Source of the DNA: Bacteroidota bacterium
Lineage (GTDB): Bacteria > Bacteroidota > Bacteroidia > UKL13-3
Assembly (NCBI GenBank): GCA_947491825.1
Contig: CANLLM010000001.1
Location: 17,689 to 81,688, forward strand
DNA length: 64,000 nt
Reading direction: 5' to 3'
In this document: positions 8,793 through 19,412 of the stretch, one piece after another
Layout of the letters: each line of letters begins with the position of its first letter
Numbering within the stretch: the first letter of the stretch is position 1
The notes under the pieces: generated by a model
Databases searched by the model: none
What the model saw: the letters and a program-made list of their open reading frames with translations, nothing else
What the model was told of the DNA's origin: nothing
Made by a program: the position numbers and the translations under genes

Positions 8793-8827
8793 AAAAAGCC
8801 GCAATACATAATGTATTGCGGCTTTTT
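8793..8827. terminator. Bidirectional rho-independent terminator between the convergent genes ending at 8777 (+) and 8830 (-).
   Basis: AAAAAGCCGCAATACAT-A-ATGTATTGCGGCTTTTT, with A/T runs on both sides. Confidence 0.85.
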
Positions 8828-8829
8828 AT

Positions 8830-9135
8830 TTAACCTTCAAAACGGGCTTGCCAATCTAACATACCCCCCAAAACATTTCTTACATTAGTGAAGCCTGTGT
8901 CTTCTAAAAACATTTTTGCTTGACCGCTGCGCGCTCCGCTGCGGCAATGAATAATTACTTCTTCATTTTTCAGGTGCTCCAACTCACTTATTCTTCCTGG
9001 TAATTCACCTAACGGAATAAGTGTTGCACCTATATTAAATACTTCGTACTCGTGAACCTCACGTACATCAAATAAGTTTAATTTTACTCCAGCGTCCATG
9101 CGCTCTTTTAATTCTTGTGTAGTTATATCTGCCAT
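8830..9135 (-). CDS. Single-domain rhodanese-like sulfurtransferase.
   Basis: Active-site loop IIHCRSGARSGQA. About 100 aa in total. Confidence 0.85.
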   Translation of the reverse strand: MADITTQELKERMDAGVKLNLFDVREVHEYEVFNIGATLIPLGELPGRISELEHLKNEEVIIHCRSGARSGQAKMFLEDTGFTNVRNVLGGMLDWQARFEG

Positions 9136-9160
9136 ATGTAATTTAGTGTTTATGTATAAA

Positions 9161-11962
9161 TCAACGTTGTAAAATCACTTTTTGTACTGTGGTTGCTTCA
9201 CTTTTTTCATCTTTAATATGTACCAAGTATAACCCATCATTTAAGTTATTTAAATTTAAATGATGGGTAACTCCCAATTCATTAAACAATACTTTGCCCA
9301 TCAAATCTACAACACTAATTGTATACGATTTTTGGGGCGAACCGCTAATAAATAAATTGCCTTGATTAGGATTTGGATAACAAGTAACATGAAGCGTTTC
9401 TGTTTCAAATTCATGTTTACCAACGGGCAATGGATCAATCCACTTACCTACAATAGGTCGCATCATCAAAGCACCAGGCAGGTCTGTTAACTGCCACAAG
9501 CCTTGGACGTTGTAAAACATCTCAGGATTAGGAGCGTACTGTTGATTGAACTTAAAATTTAAGTCTAACCCTACGTTTAGTTCAAACTGCTGATTTTGCT
9601 CCCAACCGATAAAAACTTCGTTGGTGACATATATTGGTTGATTAAACTTTACATAATAAAAACCATTTCGTGCATTGTAATAAACTGCATTTGCGGGTAT
9701 ATTTAAAATAGGTTCTTCGGATGTTAACGAAACGCTTTTCCAAACCATCAAATTAAATGGCAAAGTACTCACATCATTCACACTTCTATTAAAATGTACC
9801 GCTAACCCATATAAACTATCAGGTTTAGCAAAATCATACCTTAAAGCTACTTTACCCACCGCATTTTTTATACCATATCCTCCCTCAGCTGTTCCGTCAT
9901 CATAGGCATAATAGTTTACAAAATAAGTGGGTTGCCATAATGTATCGTTCGAACGGATGTTATCAACCGTAGTTCCTAAGCGGGTATAAAATCTACTCCA
10001 AACTACCACAGAATCATCACTAAAATTACCTGATATATCTATTGTTTTTTTGATGCTTCCCGTACGCGAGCTACGCGATGGCAAAACACTAATAATACTG
10101 CCAAAAGTGTCTACACGTGAAAAGTTTTGATCGAATATTTCTCGTCCATAATCAATTGCATAACTCTGATTGCTGTTATTACTCACCCCAAAATATTGTG
10201 TATCATTGGTATAGGCTACCGAAGCAACTTTAAAGTGGCTAAACGGCATTGCGCTGTATTTCTTTAGTAGTGGTGATGGATTTTCCTGAATAGCAATATC
10301 GGTAATGGCATCAGTTAGTGTGCGGCCTTTGTTAAGGTATACATAATCTAAATGCCAATGGCTTAAGTTACCTGTTCTACTACCAATATTAATAAAGCGC
10401 ATTTGAAACTCATCGTGTAAATACAACGCAGGCAAGGCTATACGAACCTGTAAAAACGAATCGGTTAAAAAATCGCGAGGTGCACCTTTCCATAACAAAT
10501 TAAACGAATCGGGTGATGCAGCATTATATCTACCAAACAACATCAAACTATCACCAAAATCAGGTTCCATACCCAAACCTTGTGGTTGCACAAAAAAACT
10601 TAAGTAAACAGAATCTGCAGCTGTTAATCCATTAAGTTTGATAGGCATTGAAGTTAGCGTATCACAATAACCACGACCAAAACCGTATGGCACTCCTACC
10701 CTATTTAAGCCATCAAAAGTGGCCACATTTAAACTTGGCGGTGCAATTGAAAATCGGTTATTTACAAAAACCAATCTATCTAACCATTTATTCTGGTCTG
10801 GGTAAACTTGGTTTGATGAAAAATCATCCACAAATGGAATAAGCACTTTTTGCCCAATATGAAAACCGCTTACCACCCATTTCAACGTATCGTTGGAGAC
10901 ACCGCGAGCAATAACCCTATATCCGAAATTTGCATGGTTAAATCGGTTAACGTTAACATGTGCAGTATAGGAATTCCATGCACCTGCTTGTGCTGCACTT
11001 ATGGCTAATTGTGTAATCCAAAGCCCTCCGTTGTTTTTAAACTGTAATATTAAAGAGTCGTTGTTTTGGCTTGATATAGCAAGGTAATAAAAACGGAAGT
11101 AAACAGAATCCTTGGTATTTAATTGAGACAGATCAACACTATGTGACTCTATGGTATCGTTAAAACCATTGTTGTAATTATTACCATTTACATCTTGCGC
11201 GTCTAACTTTATTACATTACCCCAGCGTATTCCAAAACCTGTTCGCTTCTCGCCTTGCATTAACCGCCAAGTGTTACGATATGTTTGTGTGGCATTCCAG
11301 AAAATATTTTCGTAATAAGGAATATTTTGCTTGATCGCGAAAACAAAATTAAATAGTCTGAATGTATTAGAATTTAAAGCACTTCGGGTTGAGTAGTTTT
11401 GCCACCTTATTTTAAATCCAGCGTGTTGGTATAACAATCCCAAAGGGAAATTAAACTGAATGTTTCTGCGTTTGATACTTATTGGAGCAGACCGCCAAAT
11501 ATTATCCCAGTTTCCAGCAGCATTTAATGCTTGTAATACCAAAGAATCTCCAGGTTGCCATGTCTCACCCATTTCATACTCAAAACCGATATAACATTTA
11601 TCTGGTATGGCAATCAGATTTATGCTATTTGATGTAAGCTCATCTGTAATACCCAAAGTACCATCACCGTTACTGTATGTTGTTCCTGCAATATTTTGGG
11701 CATTAAACGCAGCTATGTTGTTGGCTGTTGTAACACCACCTGCTTCCCAAAAAAGTGTATCGGGTTTGGGTTTTGTAAAATGTTCAACTATTGGAAACTG
11801 CTTTGGAAATAGGACTTGTGTTTTAGTTAAAAAACTTTTGGTTTGATTAACCGATAAATTTTGCAACAATAAATTACTATTTAAAGGCAAACGGATTTCG
11901 AATTGTGCAAATAAAGTTATGCTAGTTAACGCAACCGATAAAAAGGTTAAGAGTTTCTTCAT
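9161..11962 (-). CDS. Large T9SS-secreted protein (933 aa) of unknown function.
   Basis: Signal peptide MKKLLTFLSVALTSITLFAQ. C-terminal T9SS sorting domain (…YPNPNQGNLFISGSPQKSYTISVVDLMGKVLF…DGLYLVHIKDEKSEATTVQKVILQR). Confidence 0.7.
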   Translation of the reverse strand: MKKLLTFLSVALTSITLFAQFEIRLPLNSNLLLQNLSVNQTKSFLTKTQVLFPKQFPIVEHFTKPKPDTLFWEAGGVTTANNIAAFNAQNIAGTTYSNGDGTLGITDELTSNSINLIAIPDKCYIGFEYEMGETWQPGDSLVLQALNAAGNWDNIWRSAPISIKRRNIQFNFPLGLLYQHAGFKIRWQNYSTRSALNSNTFRLFNFVFAIKQNIPYYENIFWNATQTYRNTWRLMQGEKRTGFGIRWGNVIKLDAQDVNGNNYNNGFNDTIESHSVDLSQLNTKDSVYFRFYYLAISSQNNDSLILQFKNNGGLWITQLAISAAQAGAWNSYTAHVNVNRFNHANFGYRVIARGVSNDTLKWVVSGFHIGQKVLIPFVDDFSSNQVYPDQNKWLDRLVFVNNRFSIAPPSLNVATFDGLNRVGVPYGFGRGYCDTLTSMPIKLNGLTAADSVYLSFFVQPQGLGMEPDFGDSLMLFGRYNAASPDSFNLLWKGAPRDFLTDSFLQVRIALPALYLHDEFQMRFINIGSRTGNLSHWHLDYVYLNKGRTLTDAITDIAIQENPSPLLKKYSAMPFSHFKVASVAYTNDTQYFGVSNNSNQSYAIDYGREIFDQNFSRVDTFGSIISVLPSRSSRTGSIKKTIDISGNFSDDSVVVWSRFYTRLGTTVDNIRSNDTLWQPTYFVNYYAYDDGTAEGGYGIKNAVGKVALRYDFAKPDSLYGLAVHFNRSVNDVSTLPFNLMVWKSVSLTSEEPILNIPANAVYYNARNGFYYVKFNQPIYVTNEVFIGWEQNQQFELNVGLDLNFKFNQQYAPNPEMFYNVQGLWQLTDLPGALMMRPIVGKWIDPLPVGKHEFETETLHVTCYPNPNQGNLFISGSPQKSYTISVVDLMGKVLFNELGVTHHLNLNNLNDGLYLVHIKDEKSEATTVQKVILQR

Positions 11963-12705
11963 TATTGTCTAATAAATAAATCAATTGGTTGACCACCATT
12001 GATAGTAGCGCCCTCCGAAAATGGTGGGTTTTGTCTTACTACCTTTGCTCTTGTAGTATCGTTAATACTACCCATATACACAACCGAACCTATTGTTAAC
12101 GAAGAACTTTGTAATAAATTATTGGCCTCTTCAAGGGTTAAACCAGTTAAATCTGGCATATCAATAGTTTCTCCACCCAAGCCATCACCCAAAACCAAAT
12201 CAACTGCAGTACCTTTTCCAATTTTAACACCAAATAGTAAACTCGCCCCCTTGTATTGCGCATCAAGTATAACATCTTTTGCAAGATCTGGCTTATAAAT
12301 AAGCTTTCCTACTTTAAGTCCGCTACTAGCCAACATTGCCTCTGCTTGGCGCAACGATACGTCCAGCAAATTTGGCAAATTAACTTGTGGTGCTTTATTG
12401 CTGTTGATTGTTACATATACGAAACGACCTTCTTTTACATTACTCTGTGGGGCAGGATTTTGATCCAAAATACTCAACTTGGGTTTATCATCAAAATAAA
12501 GTGAATCGCTAATGATATAACGTAGTTTTTTTTGCGCTAACACATGTATCGCGTCTTCAATCTTTAACCCTCTAATATCAGGCACGCTTAACGACTCGCC
12601 ATGACGGGTGTATCTATTTAAAAACAATGATACCATCGTAAATATTATAAGCAGTGTCACTACAATTGCAATAATGTGTACACCAAATGTCTTTATAAAT
12701 TTCAT
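11962..12705 (-). CDS. PASTA-domain protein with an N-terminal TM helix.
   Basis: N-terminal membrane helix followed by three PASTA-like repeats (VPDIRGLKIEDAIHVLAQKKL…, LPNLLDVSLRQAEAMLASSGLKVG…, MPDLTGLTLEEANNLLQSSSLTIG…). Confidence 0.65.
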   Translation of the reverse strand: MKFIKTFGVHIIAIVVTLLIIFTMVSLFLNRYTRHGESLSVPDIRGLKIEDAIHVLAQKKLRYIISDSLYFDDKPKLSILDQNPAPQSNVKEGRFVYVTINSNKAPQVNLPNLLDVSLRQAEAMLASSGLKVGKLIYKPDLAKDVILDAQYKGASLLFGVKIGKGTAVDLVLGDGLGGETIDMPDLTGLTLEEANNLLQSSSLTIGSVVYMGSINDTTRAKVVRQNPPFSEGATINGGQPIDLFIRQ

Positions 12706-12825
12706 TTAATAAAAAAAGCCTTTTGTATGTGGCAAAATAAGTAATAATGCGTAAACCTTAAAACTTATTTACTATTAATTTAGAGGCATGTAAACTCTTG
12801 TTAACATGTAATTTTTGGAGAAATA

Positions 12826-14163
12826 CTACATAAAAAACAAGAGCCAAACCACCAATAAAATAGGAAGCAAAATAGGTATGCTATATTTTGCTATATATTG
12901 AAAAAAACTTGGCATTTTAATCCCATGTTGTTCTGCTATGGCTTTAACCATAAAATTAGGTCCGTTGCCAATATAAGTAAGTGCCCCAAAAAAAACTGAC
13001 CCTACAGATATCGCTTCGAGGTAAATTACATTTTTACTCGCAATGAAAGTATGAATATCATTTATATTATTTACACTTAAACCAAACATGCTAAGTGATA
13101 AGGCTAAGAAATTAACATAAGTTGGTGCATTATCTAACACACTGCTAAACAAACCAGATGCCCAATAAACAACCGAATGTGGTAATGGCTCAGCAATATT
13201 GCTTCCGGCAGTTTCCAATAATTGCAATGCAGGAATCATAGATAAAAAAATACCGAAAAATAAAAATGCAACTTCTTTTATTGGTTCAAAATCGAAACCA
13301 TTACTTTGAAGCGCATGTTTATTGGCTTTTTTGTATGCAATAAAAGCTATCGCTAATTGCATCATTTCTCTTGTAAAGGAAACCTTTTTACCATGCATAT
13401 CAATAAAAGGAACACCATCAATTACGTTGGGATCAATAAAAACAGATCCAATAATTAAGGCCAACCAAATAAAGTTTTGCTTTCCATTTATAATTATTTT
13501 TTGAGTGTAATGGGTACTTACATCAACATCATCTAATTGCGAATTGCGTTTTTCAAAAAAGTAAAAGATAATACTTAACAAAAATATAGCGACTAACCAA
13601 GGCGAGATTAAATGTTGTAATGTCCAAAAAAAAGGCACACCTTTTAAAAACCCCATAAACAAAGGAGGATCACCAATAGGTGTTAACAGACCACCTAAAT
13701 TTGATACAAAGAATATAAAAAAAATAATATGATATGGCTTTAAACGGTAACGGTTAACACGCATAAATGGTCGTATTAACAACACCGAAGCTCCAGTTGT
13801 GCCTATAAAATTAGTGAGTATAGCTCCAATCAGCAAAAACACAATATTTACCTTAGCCTTAGATTCGAAATCGGCAAAAACGAATATGCCACCAGCTGCC
13901 ACATATAATGCAAAAAGCAAACAAATAAAGGAAGTGTATTCAGCAAAAGTTTCTGCAACTACAATGGGCTGCTCTTTAACTATCAAGTAATATACACCAA
14001 CCAATGCACCTAATATTACAGCAATAGCCTTATAATACTTATGCCAAAAGTGAGCAAAAAACAATGGCCCAATTGCAATTAATAATAACAAACTGACAAA
14101 AGGCAAGATTAACCAAGCTGAGGGTGCTTGGTGTGTTATGGAAAGTAGAATATTAGCTAACAT
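12826..14163 (-). CDS. Polytopic membrane transporter, NhaD/ArsB-like (ion transporter superfamily) sodium:proton antiporter candidate.
   Basis: About 12 predicted TM helices. The N-terminal pattern PSAWLILPFVSLLLLIAIGPLFF is reminiscent of NhaD/ArsB permeases. The family assignment is tentative. Confidence 0.5.
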   Translation of the reverse strand: MLANILLSITHQAPSAWLILPFVSLLLLIAIGPLFFAHFWHKYYKAIAVILGALVGVYYLIVKEQPIVVAETFAEYTSFICLLFALYVAAGGIFVFADFESKAKVNIVFLLIGAILTNFIGTTGASVLLIRPFMRVNRYRLKPYHIIFFIFFVSNLGGLLTPIGDPPLFMGFLKGVPFFWTLQHLISPWLVAIFLLSIIFYFFEKRNSQLDDVDVSTHYTQKIIINGKQNFIWLALIIGSVFIDPNVIDGVPFIDMHGKKVSFTREMMQLAIAFIAYKKANKHALQSNGFDFEPIKEVAFLFFGIFLSMIPALQLLETAGSNIAEPLPHSVVYWASGLFSSVLDNAPTYVNFLALSLSMFGLSVNNINDIHTFIASKNVIYLEAISVGSVFFGALTYIGNGPNFMVKAIAEQHGIKMPSFFQYIAKYSIPILLPILLVVWLLFFM

Positions 14164-14184
14164 ATAACAATTTTAAATTCAAAA

Positions 14185-15621
14185 CTAGCGGATGCGCAAC
14201 CTGCGCCCAGCTTTTAGTTTTGTTTTGGTTGAGATTTTATTTAAGCGGCCTATTTGTTTAACGGACATTCCATTTTTATAAGCGATTTTACCTAGTGTAT
14301 CACCACGCTTAACAATGTAGTAACGAGAGCGCAGTTTGGTTTGTTGTTCTTTGTAAAGTTTAACGTATGTAAAGCATTGTTTATCTATTTGTAAAGTATC
14401 GCTTAACAATGATCCTGATGGAAAATAAATCACCTTACTTGGATCAATTTTTTCGCCTTTAAAACGAACTTCAAAATGCAAATGAGGCCCAGTACTTCTT
14501 CCTGTATTACCCGACAATCCAATAATTTCTCCACTCCTTACAGGCTTACCCGAATACGCGAGTAATTGATCAAAATGTGCGTACAAAGTTTCTAACCCAT
14601 TATAATGTCTTACAACAACAACATACCCATAATCAGAACTACGTTTAGCCACTCTAACTACCCCATCAAAAATAGAATATACAGGATCGCCAACCTCCAT
14701 GCGTACATCAATTCCATAATGAAATTTTGGTCTTCTGCCCCAACTTCTATATCCGAAACCTGAAGTTACGTCACCAATTGCTGGTGGATGAAAAGAACAA
14801 TCCATGCTATCGCGTAATTTCAATAAAATGGTATCATTCATTTCACGCAATGAAACTTTGTAAGGATTAATTACTACCGTATCCCAATCAAACGGATAAT
14901 GAGTATTTGCAGGAATCATAGCAGGATCGAATTTGAAGTTCGGGTCTCTTAGCATATCCCAATAGGTAACATCACTATATCCAGTAAATAAGTTATCAAA
15001 TTCACCTTCGGCCTCACCTTCAGAATCGGCTTCATCACCGTCACTCATATCCGTCATCGAATCAGTAACAATAGTATCAACTAAAAGCTCTTCTGTATCA
15101 AACTCTTCATCCAAAAATAAACTATCTTGTATAGACTCTGAATTAAGCTTTGGTGTTGTTACTTTTTGTCTTGGTGTATCCTGTAAAGAATTATTAATGG
15201 TTTGTGATGATAAAGGAATAACAACTTTATTTGTGCTATCAATATTTATCGAGGAGGATGCGATTAAAAGAGGATTATTGAACTCGGATGTTTGGTTGTT
15301 TGTTGTTACGCTATTTGATAAATCTAAAACAACAGCGGTTGAAGTGTCCATCCTAACAGAAGTATCAACAACTAATAAAATCGAATCAGTAATAATCAGT
15401 TCATTATCTGTTATTGAGTCTAATTGATAAACCGTCTCCATGTATTTTACTAAACTATCATATTTAGCTTGTAAAATAGCAGCAGAGTCTAATTTAGAAA
15501 CATTTACTAAAGGAATAGGAACCACAGGCCCATTTACAGGAACTTGCGCCCGAACTGGAAATGCAACGAATGAAAGTATAAAAAATAAAACAATATAGAT
15601 GTACGGAAACTTAATTGTCAT
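14185..15621 (-). CDS. M23 family metallopeptidase with a C-terminal LysM domain and an acidic linker.
   Basis: M23 motifs HYGIDV…, …GNTGRSTGPHLHFEVR…. LysM signature YYIVKRGDTLGKIAYKNGMSVKQIGRLNKIS. Signal peptide present. Confidence 0.85.
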   Translation of the reverse strand: MTIKFPYIYIVLFFILSFVAFPVRAQVPVNGPVVPIPLVNVSKLDSAAILQAKYDSLVKYMETVYQLDSITDNELIITDSILLVVDTSVRMDTSTAVVLDLSNSVTTNNQTSEFNNPLLIASSSINIDSTNKVVIPLSSQTINNSLQDTPRQKVTTPKLNSESIQDSLFLDEEFDTEELLVDTIVTDSMTDMSDGDEADSEGEAEGEFDNLFTGYSDVTYWDMLRDPNFKFDPAMIPANTHYPFDWDTVVINPYKVSLREMNDTILLKLRDSMDCSFHPPAIGDVTSGFGYRSWGRRPKFHYGIDVRMEVGDPVYSIFDGVVRVAKRSSDYGYVVVVRHYNGLETLYAHFDQLLAYSGKPVRSGEIIGLSGNTGRSTGPHLHFEVRFKGEKIDPSKVIYFPSGSLLSDTLQIDKQCFTYVKLYKEQQTKLRSRYYIVKRGDTLGKIAYKNGMSVKQIGRLNKISTKTKLKAGRRLRIR

Positions 15622-16555
15622 TTTGCGTTGTGCTATGAATTGCTAACGCATGCAATTTATCGTTTTGGAGTTGATTTGTGAGTGCCTGCAGGTTTTCGAA
15701 CTTCATTTCGTTACGCAGTTTATCAACAAATGCAATACTTAATGTTGTGTTATATAAGTCTTCGTTAAAATCAAACAAATGAACTTCAACGGCATGCGTG
15801 AGTCCATCAACAGTTGGACGCACTCCGCAATTAAGCATACCCAAAACTATACGCTTGTTGATAAAAACTTTAACAGCGTAAACACCATTAGCGGGAATTT
15901 GTTTGTTTGAATTAGCCACTTGTATATTAGCCGTAGGAAAACCGATGGTTCTACCTAATTGCTTTCCCTTAACAACCGTGCCTGAAACAATATAGTATTT
16001 GCCCAAATATTTAGCAGCTTGTTTCACATCACCTTCATCTAATGCTTTACGAATGCGCGTTGAACTGACTGAAATTTCATCAATATCGTGCTCAGGAATT
16101 TCCTCTACTTCAAACCCATATAAACTACTGTATTCTTTTAAGTGTTCAAACGTGCCTTCTCTGTTTTTACCAAACCTATGGTTGTATCCAATAACAAGAA
16201 CTTTAGTGCCCATTTTATTCACCATAACATCGCGAATAAATTGCATAGATGTTAAACGTGAAAACGCTATCGTAAATGGAATAATGATTAAATGATCTAC
16301 CCCTTCGTTTTCTAATGCTATAATTTTTTCATCTAATGTATGTAACAATTTTAGTCCATGATCATCAGGAAAAAGGACCATACGCGGATGTGGATCGAAA
16401 CTTATTACAACCGTTTCACCATTTTTTTCCTTAGCAATTTGCTTTAGTCTATTTAAAATAACTTTGTGCGCAGCATGCACCCCATCAAATGTTCCTTGGG
16501 TAACAATGGCATTTTTAATTTTGGGCAACTCGTCTAAACTGCGGTATACTTTCAT
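15611..16555 (-). CDS. ribF: Bifunctional riboflavin kinase / FAD synthetase.
   Basis: N-terminal nucleotidyltransferase motif VTQGTFDGVHAAHKVIL. C-terminal riboflavin kinase domain (…GFPTANI…). Confidence 0.9.
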   Translation of the reverse strand: MKVYRSLDELPKIKNAIVTQGTFDGVHAAHKVILNRLKQIAKEKNGETVVISFDPHPRMVLFPDDHGLKLLHTLDEKIIALENEGVDHLIIIPFTIAFSRLTSMQFIRDVMVNKMGTKVLVIGYNHRFGKNREGTFEHLKEYSSLYGFEVEEIPEHDIDEISVSSTRIRKALDEGDVKQAAKYLGKYYIVSGTVVKGKQLGRTIGFPTANIQVANSNKQIPANGVYAVKVFINKRIVLGMLNCGVRPTVDGLTHAVEVHLFDFNEDLYNTTLSIAFVDKLRNEMKFENLQALTNQLQNDKLHALAIHSTTQNDN

Positions 16556-16596
16556 GCGGGATGACGCAAATGTAATAAAATTAAGGAAGTAGCTCG

Positions 16597-17337
16597 TTAT
16601 TGTAAATCAGGTTGATTTTCTATTAAAACCAACGCGTCATCTATATTAAGCGTATCGCTTAATAAATAAGTACCGCTGCGCGTGCGACACAAACTATCTA
16701 AATACGCACCACTGTGTAATGCTTTGCCAAAATCGTAGGCTAAAGAGCGTATGTATGTACCTTTGCTACATACCACCCTGAATGCTACAATGGGCATCTC
16801 TATTTTGGTAATTTCAAACTCTTTTATGTTAACTGGGCGTGGTGTAAGTTCTACTTCTATTCCGGCTCGAGCGCTTTCATATAAACGAATACCATCTTTT
16901 TTTATCGCACTATAAACAGGCGGCAACTGCATCATATCACCTATAAATTGTTGGGTAGTTTGATGAATCAGTTCGGCTGTAATATGCTCGGTTGGATAAG
17001 TTTGATCAACCTCAGTTTCATTATCATAAGAGGGACGTGTGGCGCCTAAATAAAAACTACCGGTGTATTCTTTTTCTGTGGCCATGTATTGGTGTATATT
17101 TTTGGTTTCTTTACCAATACATACTATTAATAAACCAGTTGCAAGGGGATCTAAAGTACCAGCATGACCCACTTTTAGTTTCCGTTTCTCGCCTTCCTTA
17201 ATTTCTTTAAACTTATGCAGGCTACGCAATAAACTATAACGCAGTTTATTCACTACATCAAAGCTTGTCCAATTAAGCGGTTTGTTAATTAACAAAACAC
17301 AACCTTGCTCAACATTAATAGAAATAGGATTTGACAT
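16597..17337 (-). CDS. truB: tRNA pseudouridine(55) synthase.
   Basis: Catalytic motif KVGHAGTLDPLATGLL. The start was placed at the internal MSNPISI… ATG, which avoids a long overlap with uppP. Confidence 0.9.
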   Translation of the reverse strand: MSNPISINVEQGCVLLINKPLNWTSFDVVNKLRYSLLRSLHKFKEIKEGEKRKLKVGHAGTLDPLATGLLIVCIGKETKNIHQYMATEKEYTGSFYLGATRPSYDNETEVDQTYPTEHITAELIHQTTQQFIGDMMQLPPVYSAIKKDGIRLYESARAGIEVELTPRPVNIKEFEITKIEMPIVAFRVVCSKGTYIRSLAYDFGKALHSGAYLDSLCRTRSGTYLLSDTLNIDDALVLIENQPDLQ

Positions 17338-17342
17338 GGAGA

Positions 17343-18134
17343 CTATATTATTTGCAACTGATAACCCATAGCATATAAAATTAAAATGGCCGCACCAACA
17401 ATAATGCGATACCATCCAAAGAATTTAAAACCATATTTAGTTAAAAAGCCAATAAATGCTTTGATGGCCATGATGGCAACAATAAACGCTACTGCATTTC
17501 CAATGAGTAATACACTTAAATCACTGCTATTAAAACCTATCTTCAGATGGTACTTTAACATTTTATATCCAGTAGCGGCCAGCATAGTAGGTACAGCTAG
17601 AAAAAACGAAAATTCTGCAGCAGCAGTTCGATTTAGTTTCTGGGTTAAACCACCAATAATTGTAGCTGCGGATCTAGATACACCGGGTATCATAGCGATA
17701 ACCTGAAACAAACCAATAACAAAAGCATTTTTAAATTCAACGTTTGTTGCTCCGGATGTTTCTGTTTTGGCAAACCATTTATCTACAAAAATTAGCACCA
17801 AACCTCCAAGCAATAGGGTAATGGCTACAACTAATGCATTTTCAAGCATGGCATCAATATAACCGTTTAGTAAAAAACCAAAAACGGCTGCAGGTATAAA
17901 GGCTATCCCTAATTTAAGATAAAAATCAAGCGACTGGGAAAATCTTTTCCAATACAAAACCACCACACTTAAAATGGCTCCAAACTGAATGGCTACAGTA
18001 AACATTTTAACAAAATCGTTATTGGCAATGCCCATAGCTGAAGAGGCCAATACCATGTGACCAGTTGAGGAAACAGGGAGAAACTCAGTTAATCCCTCAA
18101 CAATGGCTAACGCCACTGCTTCAAAAATACCCAT
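17343..18134 (-). CDS. uppP: Undecaprenyl-diphosphatase (BacA/UppP).
   Basis: [27 protein letters not shown]… and 8 TM helices. Confidence 0.9.
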   Translation of the reverse strand: MGIFEAVALAIVEGLTEFLPVSSTGHMVLASSAMGIANNDFVKMFTVAIQFGAILSVVVLYWKRFSQSLDFYLKLGIAFIPAAVFGFLLNGYIDAMLENALVVAITLLLGGLVLIFVDKWFAKTETSGATNVEFKNAFVIGLFQVIAMIPGVSRSAATIIGGLTQKLNRTAAAEFSFFLAVPTMLAATGYKMLKYHLKIGFNSSDLSVLLIGNAVAFIVAIMAIKAFIGFLTKYGFKFFGWYRIIVGAAILILYAMGYQLQII

Positions 18135-18148
18135 ACGTTTTGCTAATG

Positions 18149-18391
18149 TTAGTTTTTGCGCATGATAGCAAAAATCTCAATCACGAAGCCAATCATAACC
18201 AAAATTGGTGCTACAGTTAGTTTAGTGGTGCTAAAAATATCTTCAGTACCCGACATTAACGTAAATCCTATGGATATAAAAACTACGCCTAAAATCATTA
18301 ATAAGTAGTTTTGTTTACCAAAAATGAAATGCTCTTCAGCCTTAGGTAAATGAGGCTTCTCTATTGGTTTCTTTAATGTTGCTTTTTGCAT
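18149..18391 (-). CDS. Small two-TM membrane protein (DUF3098-like) in the conserved ftsX-uppP interval.
   Basis: 80 aa, two hydrophobic helices, and a synteny position typical of Bacteroidota. Confidence 0.5.
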   Translation of the reverse strand: MQKATLKKPIEKPHLPKAEEHFIFGKQNYLLMILGVVFISIGFTLMSGTEDIFSTTKLTVAPILVMIGFVIEIFAIMRKN

Positions 18392-18401
18392 GTTAATGTG
18401 T

Positions 18402-19274
18402 TTAGTATAAATCGTCTATTTTTAATTTTAAGTAATGATTGGTGCTAAATGCACTACTCACCATACTTATAATTATGCCTACAAGTATAACAACTACAAA
18501 CAAGATTGCAAACTGTGTGTTGTCATAGAGGGCTTCAATACCACCAATCCATTTAGGAAGGGCCGACAAAACACCTAAAAGTAACAAGCAAGCGATAATG
18601 CCGCCATATAACCCATGTAAAATACTTTTATACATGAATGGTTTGATAATAAACCAGTGGGTAGCGCCTACCATTTGCATACTTTTAATAATAAACCTAC
18701 GGGCGTAAAGGTTTAAACGAATGGTGTTATTAATTACTGTGATGGATATGATTAAGAAAATAATACTCAAAGAAATGAGTACGGCACCTATTGTACCTAC
18801 ATTCTTATTGATTTCGTCTAGTATGTTTTGCTGGTAAACTACTTCCTGCACTTCGGGGTTCCTGCGCAACTCAATATCAACTGTTTTAAGTTTATCTGGG
18901 GATGTAAATGATGACTTTAAAAACAACTCTACACTTGGCAACAGCGGATTAAAACCAAGAAATCCAACAAAGTCTTGACCAATTTCGTTAGAAAACTGTT
19001 GAGCAGCTTGTTCTTTGCTAACAAAAACAACACGTTTGGTGTACTCTTGCTGCTGCATAGTAAACATTACACGTTGCATATCAGCCTCAGTAATTTCATC
19101 CTTAAAAAAAACGGTGAGTTGGAAATTCTCCTTTAAATATTGTTGCAGTTTGTTTCCATTAATTAATATAATGCCGAATAAACCCAACATAAAAAGCACC
19201 ATACCAATACTAATGATTGATGGCAAGTATGATACCTTACGTTTTTTTTTAATTTTTGGTTCGGTTGCGCTCAC
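18402..19274 (-). CDS. ftsX: Cell division permease FtsX-like protein.
   Basis: Four TM helices, a periplasmic loop, and a C-terminal FtsX-like pattern (…ATHWFIIKPFMYKSILHGLYGG…). Confidence 0.75.
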   Translation of the reverse strand: MSATEPKIKKKRKVSYLPSIISIGMVLFMLGLFGIILINGNKLQQYLKENFQLTVFFKDEITEADMQRVMFTMQQQEYTKRVVFVSKEQAAQQFSNEIGQDFVGFLGFNPLLPSVELFLKSSFTSPDKLKTVDIELRRNPEVQEVVYQQNILDEINKNVGTIGAVLISLSIIFLIISITVINNTIRLNLYARRFIIKSMQMVGATHWFIIKPFMYKSILHGLYGGIIACLLLLGVLSALPKWIGGIEALYDNTQFAILFVVVILVGIIISMVSSAFSTNHYLKLKIDDLY

Positions 19275-19412
19275 TTGTTGTATAGTTTATGAATTACAAA
19301 TATAATAATAATGCTTTGTACCCAAAGCCACGATACTCACACCTGTAAGTGGATATAAACACAAAGGATATAGGTAAAGAGAAAACCCCATCAACCAAGT
19401 AATCAATTCAAG

